From Eledone cirrhosa (Eukaryota): 64,000 bases of DNA. Positions 52,033 through 64,000 of this stretch are shown piece by piece. The number at the start of each line of letters is the position of its first letter. Position 1 is the first letter of the stretch. Below the pieces are notes generated by a model. That model was not told the DNA's origin, searched no databases, and saw only the letters and a program-made list of their open reading frames with translations. The DNA lies in the NCBI GenBank assembly GCA_964016885.1, contig CAXHJY010000646.1, forward strand, positions 9,057 to 73,056. The letters are read 5' to 3'. The translations under genes were made by a program, and so were the position numbers.

Positions 52033-52140
52033 ATACTCATCTTTTTCCATTTATCTGAGGATTCTAAACCCCATTATCAGGCTAAAATTCCTTTAGTCAA
52101 TAATACGGTGAAAGCTATATATATATATTTTTTTTTTTTT

Positions 52141-52640
52141 TTAATATAGATGAGATTCTACAGGGCTAGAACTGTTTCATTCTTCAGAAATTATCAGGAA
52201 TCTGACTGTCCAAGTAAATGTGGTGGTATTTATATATTTTCTGGTGGTAGGAGAGGGTGGGGAGTGGGATGGGTGGAGGTCATTGGTTGAGAGAAAAGGG
52301 AATTCATTAAAAGCTAATTCTTTAAAACTATAATTTATATTTAGAGTGACAAAGGCAGAAAGAATTCAATAAACAAGTTCAAATTGTGGTGCCACTCCTT
52401 ATTGTCAAGTTTCTCTTAAGCTAACAATGCCTAGATTTCAGGTGTCTATAAGATGGTTGGGGTCAGTCATGGTTGATGGATTTAAAGAAAAGGGAAATTC
52501 TTTAAAAGCTAATTCTTTAAAGTTCCACTTAGAGTGACAAAGGCAGAAAGAATTCTATAAACCAGTTCAAATATTGGGTGCCTATCATTATTGTCATATT
52601 TCTCTTAAGCTATATTGCAGGAGTCAACAGACATATTCAC
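52141..52640 (-). mobile_element. Hammerhead family B repeat, copy 1 (HHR 52153-52203)
   Basis: AGATTC-CTGATAA-TTTCTGAAGAAT-GAA-ACAG..CTGT-A-GAATCT with G8>A; the body is homologous to 59065-59630. Confidence 0.7.
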
Positions 52641-52722
52641 AAACACACACACACATATATAAATATACACATATACAAACATATACAATCACATATACAT
52701 ATATATACATATATATATATAC

Positions 52723-52797
<75 letters not shown>

Positions 52798-52855
52798 TAT
52801 ATGTATACACACACACATATATATATATAATATATATATATACACACATATATAC

Positions 52856-52888
<33 letters not shown>

Positions 52889-52890
<2 letters not shown>

Positions 52891-53830
52891 TGAGATTCTA
52901 CAGGACTAGAACAGTTTCATTCTTTAGAAATCATCAGGAATCTGGGTATCAAAAGATAAATATGGTATTTATAGGTCTCTTCGGGGGGTAGGAGAGGGTA
53001 GGGAGTGGGATGGGTGGAGGTCATTGGTTGAAAGAAAAGGGAATTCATTAAAAGCTTATTCTTTAAAGCTATAATTTATATTTAGAGTAACAAAGGCAGA
53101 AAGAATTCTATAAACAAATTCAGAATGGGGTGCCACTCCTTATGTTTAAGTTTCTCTTAAGCTAATAATTGTTTCTACTTTTTGGCACAAGGCCAGCAAT
53201 TATCCCAGTACATTACCTAATAATTGTTTCTACTTTAGGCACAAGGCCAGCAATTATCCAGTGCATTACTGGTACTTTATTTTATCGACCCCGTAAGGAT
53301 GAAAGGCAAAGTCAACCTCGGCGGGATTTGAACTCAGATCGTAAAGGGACGTAACTATGCTGGAAACATGGCGTCCGACCTTCTACCGATACTGCCAATC
53401 CACCGCCCTAATAATTGTTTCTACATTTGGCACAAGGCCAGCAATTACCCAGTGTATTACTGGTACTTTATTTTATCGACCCCAAAAGGATGAAAGGCAA
53501 AGTTAACCTCGGCGCGTTTTGAACTCAGAATGGCAAGGACCGTAACTCTATGCGTCAAAGCATGGCGTCCGACCCTCTACCGATACTGCCAATCCACCGC
53601 CCTAATAATGCCTAGATTTCAGGTGTCTATAAGATGGTTGGGGTCAGTCATGGTTGATGGATTTAAAGAAAATGAAAATTCTTTAAAAGCTAATTCTTTA
53701 AGGTTCTACATAGAGTGACAATGGCCAAGAGAATTCTATAGACCAGTTCAAAATATTGAGTGCCTATCATACCATTATCTTCAAGTTTCTCTTACACTAT
53801 AGTCCAAATGTCAACAGACACATTCACAAA
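52889..53830 (-). mobile_element. Hammerhead family B repeat, copy 2 (HHR 52893-52943), interrupted by SINEs
   Basis: Intact CTGATGA core; direct repeat of 52141-52640. Confidence 0.7.
53170..53602 (-). mobile_element. Three tandem SINE family A copies (one truncated)
   Basis: Each copy is separated by CTAATAAT; the empty site is visible at 52421-52430. Confidence 0.9.
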
Positions 53831-53864
53831 CACACTCACTCACACACTCGCGCGCGCACCCACG

Positions 53865-53896
<32 letters not shown>

Positions 53897-54171
53897 CATA
53901 CATACATACATACACACACATACACACATTCATATATATACACATACATACATATGTATGAGTGTATGTATATATGAATGTGTGTATATATATGTGTGTG
54001 TATATATATATATATATGTGTGTGTATATATATATATATGTGTGTATATATATATGTGTAAGTATAAATATATATATATATGTGTATATATATATGTGTG
54101 TGTATATATATATATATGTGTGTGTATATATATATGTGTAAGTATAAATATATATATATGTGTATATATAT

Positions 54172-54662
54172 AGGCAGACCTAGAAAAACCTGGGACGAGC
54201 TGATAAACTCCGACCTCACACACTTACACCTCTCCAAGACAATGTCACTGGACCGAGACCTTTGGCGGTACTCAGTAACAGAGAAGACCCGCCTTGCCAG
54301 TAGGCATTTCTAACAAAATACACCCCGTCCCGCCACCACCCCCACCCCATCCACACCACCCCGTTCTATGTAAAGTTATGTTGGTGCCGCGCCATCCAGG
54401 CCGAAACAAATGAGATCGTGTAGGTGTCACGACAAAAAAACACACAGTCCACGCTGTAATGTGGCCGTGTAGGCAACACGGTAAAAACCTCCCAGACCCA
54501 CACTGTAAATGTGGTTGGTGTTAGGAAGGGCATCCAACTGTAGAAAACCTGCCAGACAGTCCTATGCGAGCAAGACAATCACTCTTGCCTCAAGTGGGAC
54601 TACCCCCGTCCAAACCCATGCAAGCGTGGAACACGGACGTTAAACGTTGATGATGATGATGA
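54172..54662 (+). mobile_element. RTE LINE 3' fragment
   Basis: [21 protein letters not shown], plus the 3' UTR and (GAT)n tail. Confidence 0.9.
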
Positions 54663-54694
54663 TATATGTATATGTATTTGTGTATATATATATG

Positions 54695-54725
<31 letters not shown>

Positions 54726-54760
54726 GTGCTTGTTTATATATGTGTGTGTATATATATATA

Positions 54761-54795
<35 letters not shown>

Positions 54796-54801
54796 ATATA
54801 A

Positions 54802-54851
<50 letters not shown>

Positions 54852-54857
<6 letters not shown>

Positions 54858-55232
54858 TAATAAAAACAATGAAATAAAAAAAAAAGAACAAATTCCTTAT
54901 ATTAAAAACTTCATTCTTTAACGATCGTTTCTGGGATGTATATGTGTGTTGGTATGTATATCATATAGATCTATGTAAAAATATTACAAATTATCAGAGG
55001 AAATATACATACATTCACATATACATGCCGAGCCGACCTCATCATTTCTGAGGATGGCATATATATGTGAAGGTATGTACATTTCCTCTGATAATTTGTA
55101 ATATTTTTACATAGATCTATATGATATACATACCAACACACATATACATCCCAGAAACGATCATAAAATGATGAACTTTTCAATATGAGGAACTTGTTCT
55201 TTGTTTTTATTTCATTGTTTTTATTAATTTAT
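54852..55232. repeat. Palindrome of the extended-hammerhead family
   Basis: CTGAGGA at 55048-55054, GAAACGATCATA at 55154-55165; 9-bp stem I TCATCATTT/AAATGATGA. Confidence 0.85.
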
Positions 55233-55307
55233 CTAGACTCCGTTTATCATGAAAAGAGAAGATGCATTCAAAAATTTTCGATAAAAATCATATATATTAT
55301 TTATATA

Positions 55308-56631
55308 TCATCATCATCATCATCATCATCATCCATGTTTAACGTCCACTTTCCACACAAGCATGGGTTAGACGGGAGTTGTCCCACTTGAGGCAAGGTT
55401 GGTCGGGTGACCGTGTCTCACTCATATAGGACTATCTAGCAGGTTTGCTATGGCTGTATGCCCTTCCTAACACCAACTACATTTACAGTGTGGAACTGGG
55501 AACTTTTTACCGTGTTACCTACACGACCACATTACAGCGTGGACTGTGTGTTTTTTTCTCGTGACACCTACACGATCTCGATCTCATTTATCTCATTTAT
55601 TTGGACTGGATGTTGTGGTACCAACTTTACAGAGAGGGGGTGTTGTTGGTGGGAGTGGGAGGATAGGGTAGGGGTAGTGGATTGGGGTGTATATTTGGTT
55701 AAGAGGTGCCTACTGACTGTAGGTTTCATTTTGTACATAGGCAAGGCGGGTCTTCTGTATTACTGCGTAGTGCCAAAGATCTCGGTCCAGAGACATTGTC
55801 TTAGAGAGGTGCAAGTGTATAAGGTCGGAATTTATCAGATCGTCCCAGGTTTTTCTGGGTCTACCTACTCCGTAACTACCATCAATTTTGATCGCCGTGT
55901 ACTTTTTTAGACAGCTGTCGTCTTTCATGCGCATCACGTGGCCATACCAACGTAGTCTTCTCTCGAGTAAACAGCATCTGATCCCTCTTATACCTAATTT
56001 CTCACTTAGTTCATTTATGCTTTGCCGTTCACGTATGTTACTATTACACATCCAACGGAGCATGCATGCTTCATTCCTTTCCAGTCTGCGTAGGTCCTCT
56101 GCACGTAATGCCCATGTCTCACTGCCATGTAGCATTGCTGTTCGTATACAAGCATCATACAATCTGCCTTTTATTTTTAGAGAGAAACCTTTAGTGACCA
56201 ATAGCGGTATAAGCTCTCTGAACTTTTTCCATCCCGTTCTGACTCTGGCTACTGTACTTTCAGAGCACCCTCCTCCACTGCTGATTTCGTCACCCAGGTA
56301 ACGGAAAGTGTCTACTATTTCTATAGAACCATCTGGGCAGTAGAAGGAGCTAGTATCCTGTGGGCGCTTGCTACTTATTGCACCTGAGCATCGGCCACAT
56401 ATAAAGTCTACGTTCTTAGCTTACCTGTGATCCTACTACATCTTTTATGCACCCATACTTTGCATTTGGGACATAAAATTGAATTTCTGCCTACTCCTTT
56501 CCTACACACTGAGCAAGGTCATTTCCCTGAGGGTACCTGTGCCCTATTTTCCTTTCTACAAACTAGGACTTTAGTCTTAGACAAGTTAACTTTAAGGCCT
56601 TTTCATTCTAGGCCATGCTTCCATGTTTGGA
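55308..56631 (-). mobile_element. 5'-truncated RTE LINE with PHD-like insert
   Basis: VNLSKTKVL, PCSVC..CPKC..WVHKRC..CGRC, FRYLGD, KGRLYDAC, RRLRWYGHV. Confidence 0.92.
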
Positions 56632-56649
56632 ATATATATATATATATAT

Positions 56650-56718
<69 letters not shown>

Positions 56719-56727
56719 TATATAATA

Positions 56728-57106
56728 TATGATATTAAATAAATGGAAACTATATTTATAAAACCATATTTATTTCGTTATATATATTTCAGGGATATCA
56801 TATTAACAATATATTATGCCTTCTTCAGACAAAATACAATATAAACAGTCTTATAAATAAATAGATACGACATACCTTTCAATCACCTTGCATTTGGGAG
56901 GTTGATTTGGCAGTAATCAACTGCCAAATCAACCTCCCAAATGCAAGGTGATTGAAAGGTATGTCGTATCTATTTATTTATAAGACTGTTTATATTGTAT
57001 TTTGTCTGAAGAAGGCATAATATATTGTTAATATGATATCCCTGAAATATATATAACGAAATAAATATGGTTTTATAAATATAGTTTCCATTTATTTAAT
57101 ATCATA
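56728..57106. repeat. Apparently perfect palindrome (187-bp arms, 5-nt loop) with a hammerhead in each arm
   Basis: TATTTTGT-CTGAAGA (57006)-stem II-GAAAT-ATAT-ATA-ACGAAATA (57063). Confidence 0.9.
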
Positions 57107-57216
57107 AATATACTCCAAATACTTGTTGAGTGCTTTTATATCAGTTATAAATATTTACTCGTTGTTAACCCAACAATTTAAATATAACTTTCCATCTATA
57201 TAGAATATATATATAA

Positions 57217-57262
<46 letters not shown>

Positions 57263-57486
57263 TAATATATATATATACATATATAATATATATATATACA
57301 TATATAATATATATACATATATATATATACATATATAATATATATATATACATATATAATATATATATATACATATATAATATATATATATACATATATA
57401 ATATATATACATATATACATATATAATATATATATATACATATATACGTATATACATATATAATATATATATATATATATATATAC

Positions 57487-57525
<39 letters not shown>

Positions 57526-57531
<6 letters not shown>

Positions 57532-58089
57532 TAAAATAACAGATTAAAGTTTAAGCAAAGAATCGCTGCTTTCACCCTTAACGGGATCTGAAACTAACAA
57601 AGTCAATCTGTAAACGCAGAACTGGATAATTAAAAAAAACGTTGCAACCGGAGGAAGACAGGAAGACGATACTTTGGTTCATGGAAACGTTCCCTGGCAA
57701 AGAACGGGAAAAAACGAATATAATACGTCATTAATAGGAGCGGTGAAAAACAATTACGCGCAAAGACAGAACCACGTTTGTGGTATAAAAGAGGTCGTAG
57801 ACTAATGTTCTCTTAGGTGGTTCATAGAGACGTTCTCTGGCAATGAACGAAAAAAACGAAGATAATAAGTCATATGTGGAGCGTGGAGAACAATAGCACG
57901 CAAAGACAAAACCACGTAAATGGTATAGCAGAAGTCGTAGACTAAAATTCTAACTAGGAGACCAAATGAATCTCCGCTACAGAGTTAAGAACAAAGTAAA
58001 TAAATACAATACAGAAGTAATATAAATAAATAAATACATACACGCAAACAAATATGTACATACACAATTAATCTGTTATTTTAATAAAT
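57526..58089. mobile_element. Element with about 21-bp terminal inverted repeats and an internal about 144-bp duplication
   Basis: TTTATTAAAATAACAGATTAA...TTAATCTGTTATTTTAATAAA; its left end is also present at 39600-39666. Confidence 0.6.
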
Positions 58090-58173
58090 ATTTGCTCTAC
58101 GGTTCTTATATATTTGATATATATTTATCATTATCGAGCCCTCTTTGGATTTTAGTCTTGAAATTTATTATTA

Positions 58174-58225
<52 letters not shown>

Positions 58226-58302
58226 CGGAGGAAATGTGGTAAGGAACCAGGTTCAACCATAACGCACCAAAGTACTCAATACTTAGGGTAGTAGAGTGGG
58301 TA

Positions 58303-58415
58303 ATAGGAACGAGTAGGACCCCGACGGCTGAGCTCAAGCCGTTTCCACGGATAATTCTGGATGAGAATTAACTGTTGAAACAGCTTGAGCTCAGCCGTCG
58401 GGGTCCTACTTGTTC

Positions 58416-58419
<4 letters not shown>
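58303..58419. repeat. GC-rich hairpin (about 50-bp arms)
   Basis: ATAGGAAC-GAGTAGGACCCCGACGGCTGAGCTCAAGC...GCTTGAGCTCAGCCGTCGGGGTCCTACTTGTTCCTAT. Confidence 0.85.
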
Positions 58420-58457
<38 letters not shown>

Positions 58458-58800
58458 TATATATATTATATATTATATATATTATATATTATATATATGA
58501 TATATAAATATGATATATATATATTATATATATATTTGATATATTATATATTATATATAAATATATATGATATATTATATATAAATATATATGATATATA
58601 TATATATATAGATATATATATATATATATTATATATTTATATTATATATATATATATATATGTGTATATATATATATGTGTGTGTGTGTATATATGTATG
58701 TATGTATATATATATATATATGTATGTATGTATGTATGTATATGTGTATATATGTATATGTGTGTATATATATATATGTGTGTGTGTATGTGTGTGTATA

Positions 58801-58847
<47 letters not shown>

Positions 58848-58954
58848 GTATGTACGTGTGTATATATGTGTGTGTATGTGTGTGTATATATGTGTACATG
58901 TGTGTGTGTATATATATATATATATATGTGTGTGTATATATATATGTGTATGTA

Positions 58955-59009
<55 letters not shown>

Positions 59010-59064
59010 TGATATGTATATATATATATCTGTATATGTGTTTATGGGTGCACGCGAGTGTGTT

Positions 59065-59630
59065 TGTGAATGTGTCTGTTGATTCTTGGCATATAGTTGA
59101 ATAGTTTAACAGAAAGTTGAAGATAATTGTATGATATGCACTCAATATTTTGAATTTGTCTACAGAATTCTCTAAACCTTTGTCACTTAGTAGAACCTTA
59201 AAGAATTTAGCTTTAAATCTATCAACCATGACTGACCCCCACTGATCTTATAGACACCTGTTAGCTTAAGAGAAACTTAATAATAAGGAGTGGCACCCCA
59301 TCCTGAACCTGTTTATAGAATTCTTTCTGCCTTTGTTAATCTAAAAATAAAAATAAAAATGAACTATAGATTTGTAGAATTAGCTTTTAATGAATTCCCT
59401 TTTCTATCAACCAATGACCTCCACCCATCCCACTTCCTACCTTCTCCTACCCCCTGAAGAGACCTATAAATACCATACTTATTTTTTGATACCCAGATTC
59501 CTGATGACTTCTAAAGAATGAAACGGTTCTAGTCCTGTAGAATCTCATCTATATTAAAACTTTTATACTCTGCAATGTATTGAGTATCTTACTTACTGTG
59601 GTTACCTCCGATTCAACACGGAATAACGTA
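59065..59630 (+). mobile_element. Hammerhead family B repeat, copy 3
   Basis: CCAAT at 59411 and TATAAA at 59465, then the HHR at 59495-59545 and a conserved tail. Confidence 0.7.
59495..59545 (+). ncRNA. Type I hammerhead ribozyme with three stems
   Basis: AGATTC-CTGATGA-C-TTCT-AA-AGAA-T-GAA-ACGG-TTCTAGTC-CTGT-A-GAATCT; predicted cleavage after GUA. Confidence 0.7.
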
Positions 59631-59661
59631 TATATTATATATATATATATTATATATATAT

Positions 59662-59705
<44 letters not shown>

Positions 59706-59714
59706 TTATATATA

Positions 59715-62497
59715 TCATCATCATCATCATTATCATCATCAACGTTTAACGTCCGTGTTCCACGCTTGCATGGGTTTGGACGGGGGTTTTCCCACTTGAT
59801 GCAAGAGTGATTGTCTTGCTCGCATAGGACTGTCTGGCGGGTTTTCTACAGCTGGATGCCTTTCCTAACACCAAGCACATTTACAGTGTGGGGCTGGGAG
59901 GTTTTTACCGTGTTGCCTACATGGCCACATTACAGCGTGGACTGTGTGTTTTTTTGTCGTGACACCTACGCGACCTCATTTATTTAGGACTGGATGTTGT
60001 TGTACCAACATAACTTTACAGCGAAAGGGGCGGTGTGGATGGGGTGGGGAGGGTGGGACGGCGGTGTATTTTGTTAGAGATGCCTACTGTCTGTAGTAGG
60101 TTTTACTTTGTATTTAGGTAAGGCGCGTCTTCTCTATTACTGAGTACCGCCAAAGGTCTCGGTCCAGTGACATTGTCTTGGAGAGGTGTAAGTGTGTGAG
60201 GTCAGAATTTATCAGCTCGTCCCAGGTTTTTCTGGGTCTGCCTACTCCGTGGCTACCGTCTATCTTTATTGCCCTGCACTTTGTTATACAGCTATCGTCT
60301 TTCATGCGCATCACGTGACCATACCAACGTAGCCTTCTCTCGAGTAAACAACATCTGATCCCTCTTATTTCTAATTTTTTCCTTAGTTCGTTTATGCTTT
60401 GCCGTTCACGTCATCGTATATCCTCCACGAGCATGCAACTACTCTTCTGCACACAGGTCTCAGCGTCTCACTGCATGCAACATTGCTGTTCGTATCAGGC
60501 ATCATACAACCTGCCTTTCATTTTTAGGGAGAACCCTTTAGCGGCAATAGTGGTATAAGCTCTCTGAACTTTTTCCATCAGTTCGACTCTAGCTACTGTA
60601 CTTTCAGAGCACCTCCCACTGCTGATACTGGTCACCAGTAACGAAGCTGTCCACAATCTATTTGAACCCTCTAGCTGCACTTTCAAGAGCAACACTCCTG
60701 CCACTTGCTGCTCCTAGGCAACAAGCTGTCGGGCACTTGGCTGCTACTTATTGCACCAGAGCACCGGCCACATGTAAAATCTATGTTCTTTAGTTACCTG
60801 ACTTGCATCCCACTACATCTTTTATGCACCCATACTTTGCATTTGGGACACACTACAATTCGAGTCTACCCTTCCTACGCATTCTTTCCTACAACACTGA
60901 GAACTGGCCATTCCCGGAAGGGACCGCGCCTTATTTCTTTCCTACAAACTAGAACTTTGTCTTAGCCAGGTTGATTCTAGGCCGTGCTTCCATGTTTGGA
61001 ATTTCTTCTCTAGCTCGGTCATTGATTCAGCTATGAGTGTTAGGTCATCTGCGTATAGGAGTTCCCATGGGCAGCCGGTCTTGAACTCCTCTGTTACAGC
61101 CTGAAGGGCAATAATAAATAGTAGGGGGCTGAGAACAGAGCCCTGATGGACGCCAACTTTTACGCTAAACACTTCACTATATTCGTTGTTAATTCTAACC
61201 TTGCTGACTGTTTCTTTATACATGGCTTGTATAGCTCTCACAGGCCATTCGTCAACACCTAGTTTTCTAAGAGCCCACCAGATAATGGAACGGGGAACTC
61301 TGTCGAAGGCTTTCTCCAAGTCGACAAAAGCTAAGTATACGGGTTTACTTTTAGCTAGGTACTGCTCCTGTAGTTGTCGTACAATGAAAAGAGCGTCTGT
61401 CGTACTTTTGCCTGACACAAACCCGAACTGCATTTCATCTAGATCAATTCTCTCTCTGATTAGTTGCGCTATTACTTTTTCCGTGACCTTCATGACCTGG
61501 TCGATTAATTTAATGCCTCTATAGTTACTCCTATCTAGGGCATCTCCTTTACCCTTATAACAGTTAACGATGATGCTGCTACGCCAGTCCTTCGGAACAA
61601 CCCCATTCTGTACGACTTGGTTAACTATCCGGGTGACCATGGTGTGTCCCAACGTTCCAGAAGCTTTCAGCATTTCAGCAACTATTTCCGAAGGCCCAGC
61701 CACCTTACCCGTCTTCATATCCTTGATTGCCTTACTTATTATACTACCCTCGACTAACACTGCTGGTCCCTCTATTGGGTCGATGTAGGGGAGACTGTCT
61801 TTCTCCATTTATTCTCCTCATTTAGTAGCCTTTCATAGTGACACTTCCAAGCTACCTTCTTATCAGCGTCGGTGATGGCAAGTACGCCGTCATCATTAAG
61901 TACACACTTCTCCCCGACAATATCACGGTTTTCCTTGACACATTGCCTAGCAATCCTGAACACCTCACGTTTTTGGTCCTCGCGTTGTAGAACATGCTTG
62001 AACTTTCTTTTCTCTGCTTCCCTTCTTGCGAAGTACACTTGTCTCCTAGCTTCCCTCCTGGCCACTTGATAGTCTTCTCTACTTCCCCCATCCCGCCATA
62101 CTTTCCAAGCCTGCTTTTTGGCCTTAATTGACCCCTCTACCTTACTGTTCCACCACCATGTTACTCTCCTGCCTACAGGCCTGCTCCAGCCACAGACTTC
62201 GTCTGCCGCCATCAGCAGGTTTGCTTTCAGGAATTCCCATTGCTCCTCTATATTGTACGACTCTAATTGCTCTTCCTTACTGTGGAAAGCATCAAGTAAT
62301 ATGCTTTTAAATTTGTTTCTGGCTGTGAGGTCCTTTAGCTTCCATATTTTTCTCCTGAGGATAGTCCTCTTCTGTTGTCTAGTACGACTCGTCCTGACTA
62401 TTAGGTCGCTAATTATCAGTCTATGTTGGGAGGTGCATTCTTCATGGGGGAGGGATTTAGTGTTTACAACAGTCACTCTGTCACGTCTTCTGGTAAG
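59715..62497 (-). mobile_element. Long RTE LINE remnant (end of endonuclease, RT, PHD-like insert, 3' UTR)
   Basis: QHRLII, TWWWN, GKVAGPS, SNYRGI, QFGF, FVDLEKAFDRVP, GVHQGSVLSP, LLYADDL; frameshifts. Confidence 0.95.
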
Positions 62498-62576
62498 GAT
62501 ATAAATATATATATATATATATATATAATATTTATATATATGTATATATATTATATAAATATATATATATATATAT

Positions 62577-62611
<35 letters not shown>

Positions 62612-62629
62612 ATATTTATATATATATAT

Positions 62630-62660
<31 letters not shown>

Positions 62661-62673
62661 ATATTTATATATA

Positions 62674-62762
<89 letters not shown>

Positions 62763-62928
62763 ATATATATATATATATTATATATATATATTATATATAT
62801 ATATATATTATATATATATATTATATATATATATATATATTATATATGTATATTATATATATATATATTATATATATGTATATTATATATATATATATTA
62901 TATATATATATTATATATATATATATTA

Positions 62929-62962
<34 letters not shown>

Positions 62963-63000
62963 ATATATTATATATATATATTATATATATATATAATATA

Positions 63001-63034
<34 letters not shown>

Positions 63035-63116
63035 CATATATATATATTATATATTATATATATTATATATATATATATATATTATATATATATATTATAT
63101 ATATATATATATATTA

Positions 63117-63154
<38 letters not shown>

Positions 63155-63358
63155 ATTATATATATTATATATATATATATTATATATATATATATTATAT
63201 ATATATATATTATATATATATATTATATATATATATATTATTATATATATATATATTATATATATATATTATATATATTATATATTACATATATATTATA
63301 TATATATTATATATATATATATTATATATATATATATTATATATATATATATATATTA

Positions 63359-63405
<47 letters not shown>

Positions 63406-63700
63406 ATATATTATATATTATTATATATTATATATATATATATTATATATATATATTATATATATATATATATTATATATATATATATTATATATATATA
63501 TATTATATATATATATATTATATATATTATATATATATATATTTATATATTTATATTACATATATATTATATATATATATATTATATATATTATATATAT
63601 ATATATTATATATATATATTACATATATATTATATATATATATATTATATATATTATATACATATATATATATATTATATCCATTATATATCTATATATA
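62498..63700. repeat. (TA)n/TTA microsatellite, about 1.2 kb
   Basis: Direct observation. Confidence 0.97.
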
Positions 63701-63703
63701 TAA

Positions 63704-64000
63704 TGGAGGCACATGGCTTAGTGGTAAGAGAATTGGCCTTGCAATCGAAAGGTTGTGAGTTCAATTCTCAGACCGGGTGATGTGTTGTTTCCTTGAGCAA
63801 GACACTTTATTTCACATTGCTCCAGTTTACTCAGCTATAGAAATGAGATGATAGGGACTGGGGTCCCTATCATTCCACTGCAAAGTGGTCGTGAAGGTGC
63901 CACAGCAAAAAAAGCACCCAGCACTCACTGTAAATGAGGTTGGTGTTAGGAAGGCATCCAGCTGTAGAAATCAAGCCAGCATCAGTTCCCGTCCCACCCT
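63704..64000 (+). mobile_element. CORE-like SINE family B (runs off the window)
   Basis: GGAGGCACA head, A and B boxes, CORE-like body, start of tail 1. Confidence 0.9.

Noticed and set aside
59715-62497. Active full-length LINE
   Set aside because: It is 5' truncated within the endonuclease and broken by frameshifts; no intact element exists in the window.

Overview
Repeat-dominated eukaryotic genomic DNA with no prokaryotic genes. It is probably cephalopod (Octopus-like), inferred from the tRNA/CORE-type SINEs, abundant RTE LINEs and AT-rich microsatellites. The window holds degenerate RTE-clade LINE fragments of several families, two tRNA-derived SINE families, a CRE-like endonuclease remnant, two Penelope-like (PLE) GIY-YIG remnants, six large minisatellite arrays and many microsatellites. 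A possible host gene end lies on the minus strand at about 32.3-34.0 kb. The most striking unannotated signal is a dense set of type I hammerhead ribozyme (HHR) motifs. Several sit inside 360-430 bp fold-back palindromes, have unusually long stem II insertions and show compensatory changes between copies; another family occurs as a tandem, retrozyme-like dimer. Also notable are a C4HC3 PHD-like finger inside the RT region of three RTE copies, three minisatellites each seeded by a different mobile element, a twin-primed RTE insertion, and SINE tandem insertions and tail swapping. All structure calls were made by eye; no searches or folding were run.
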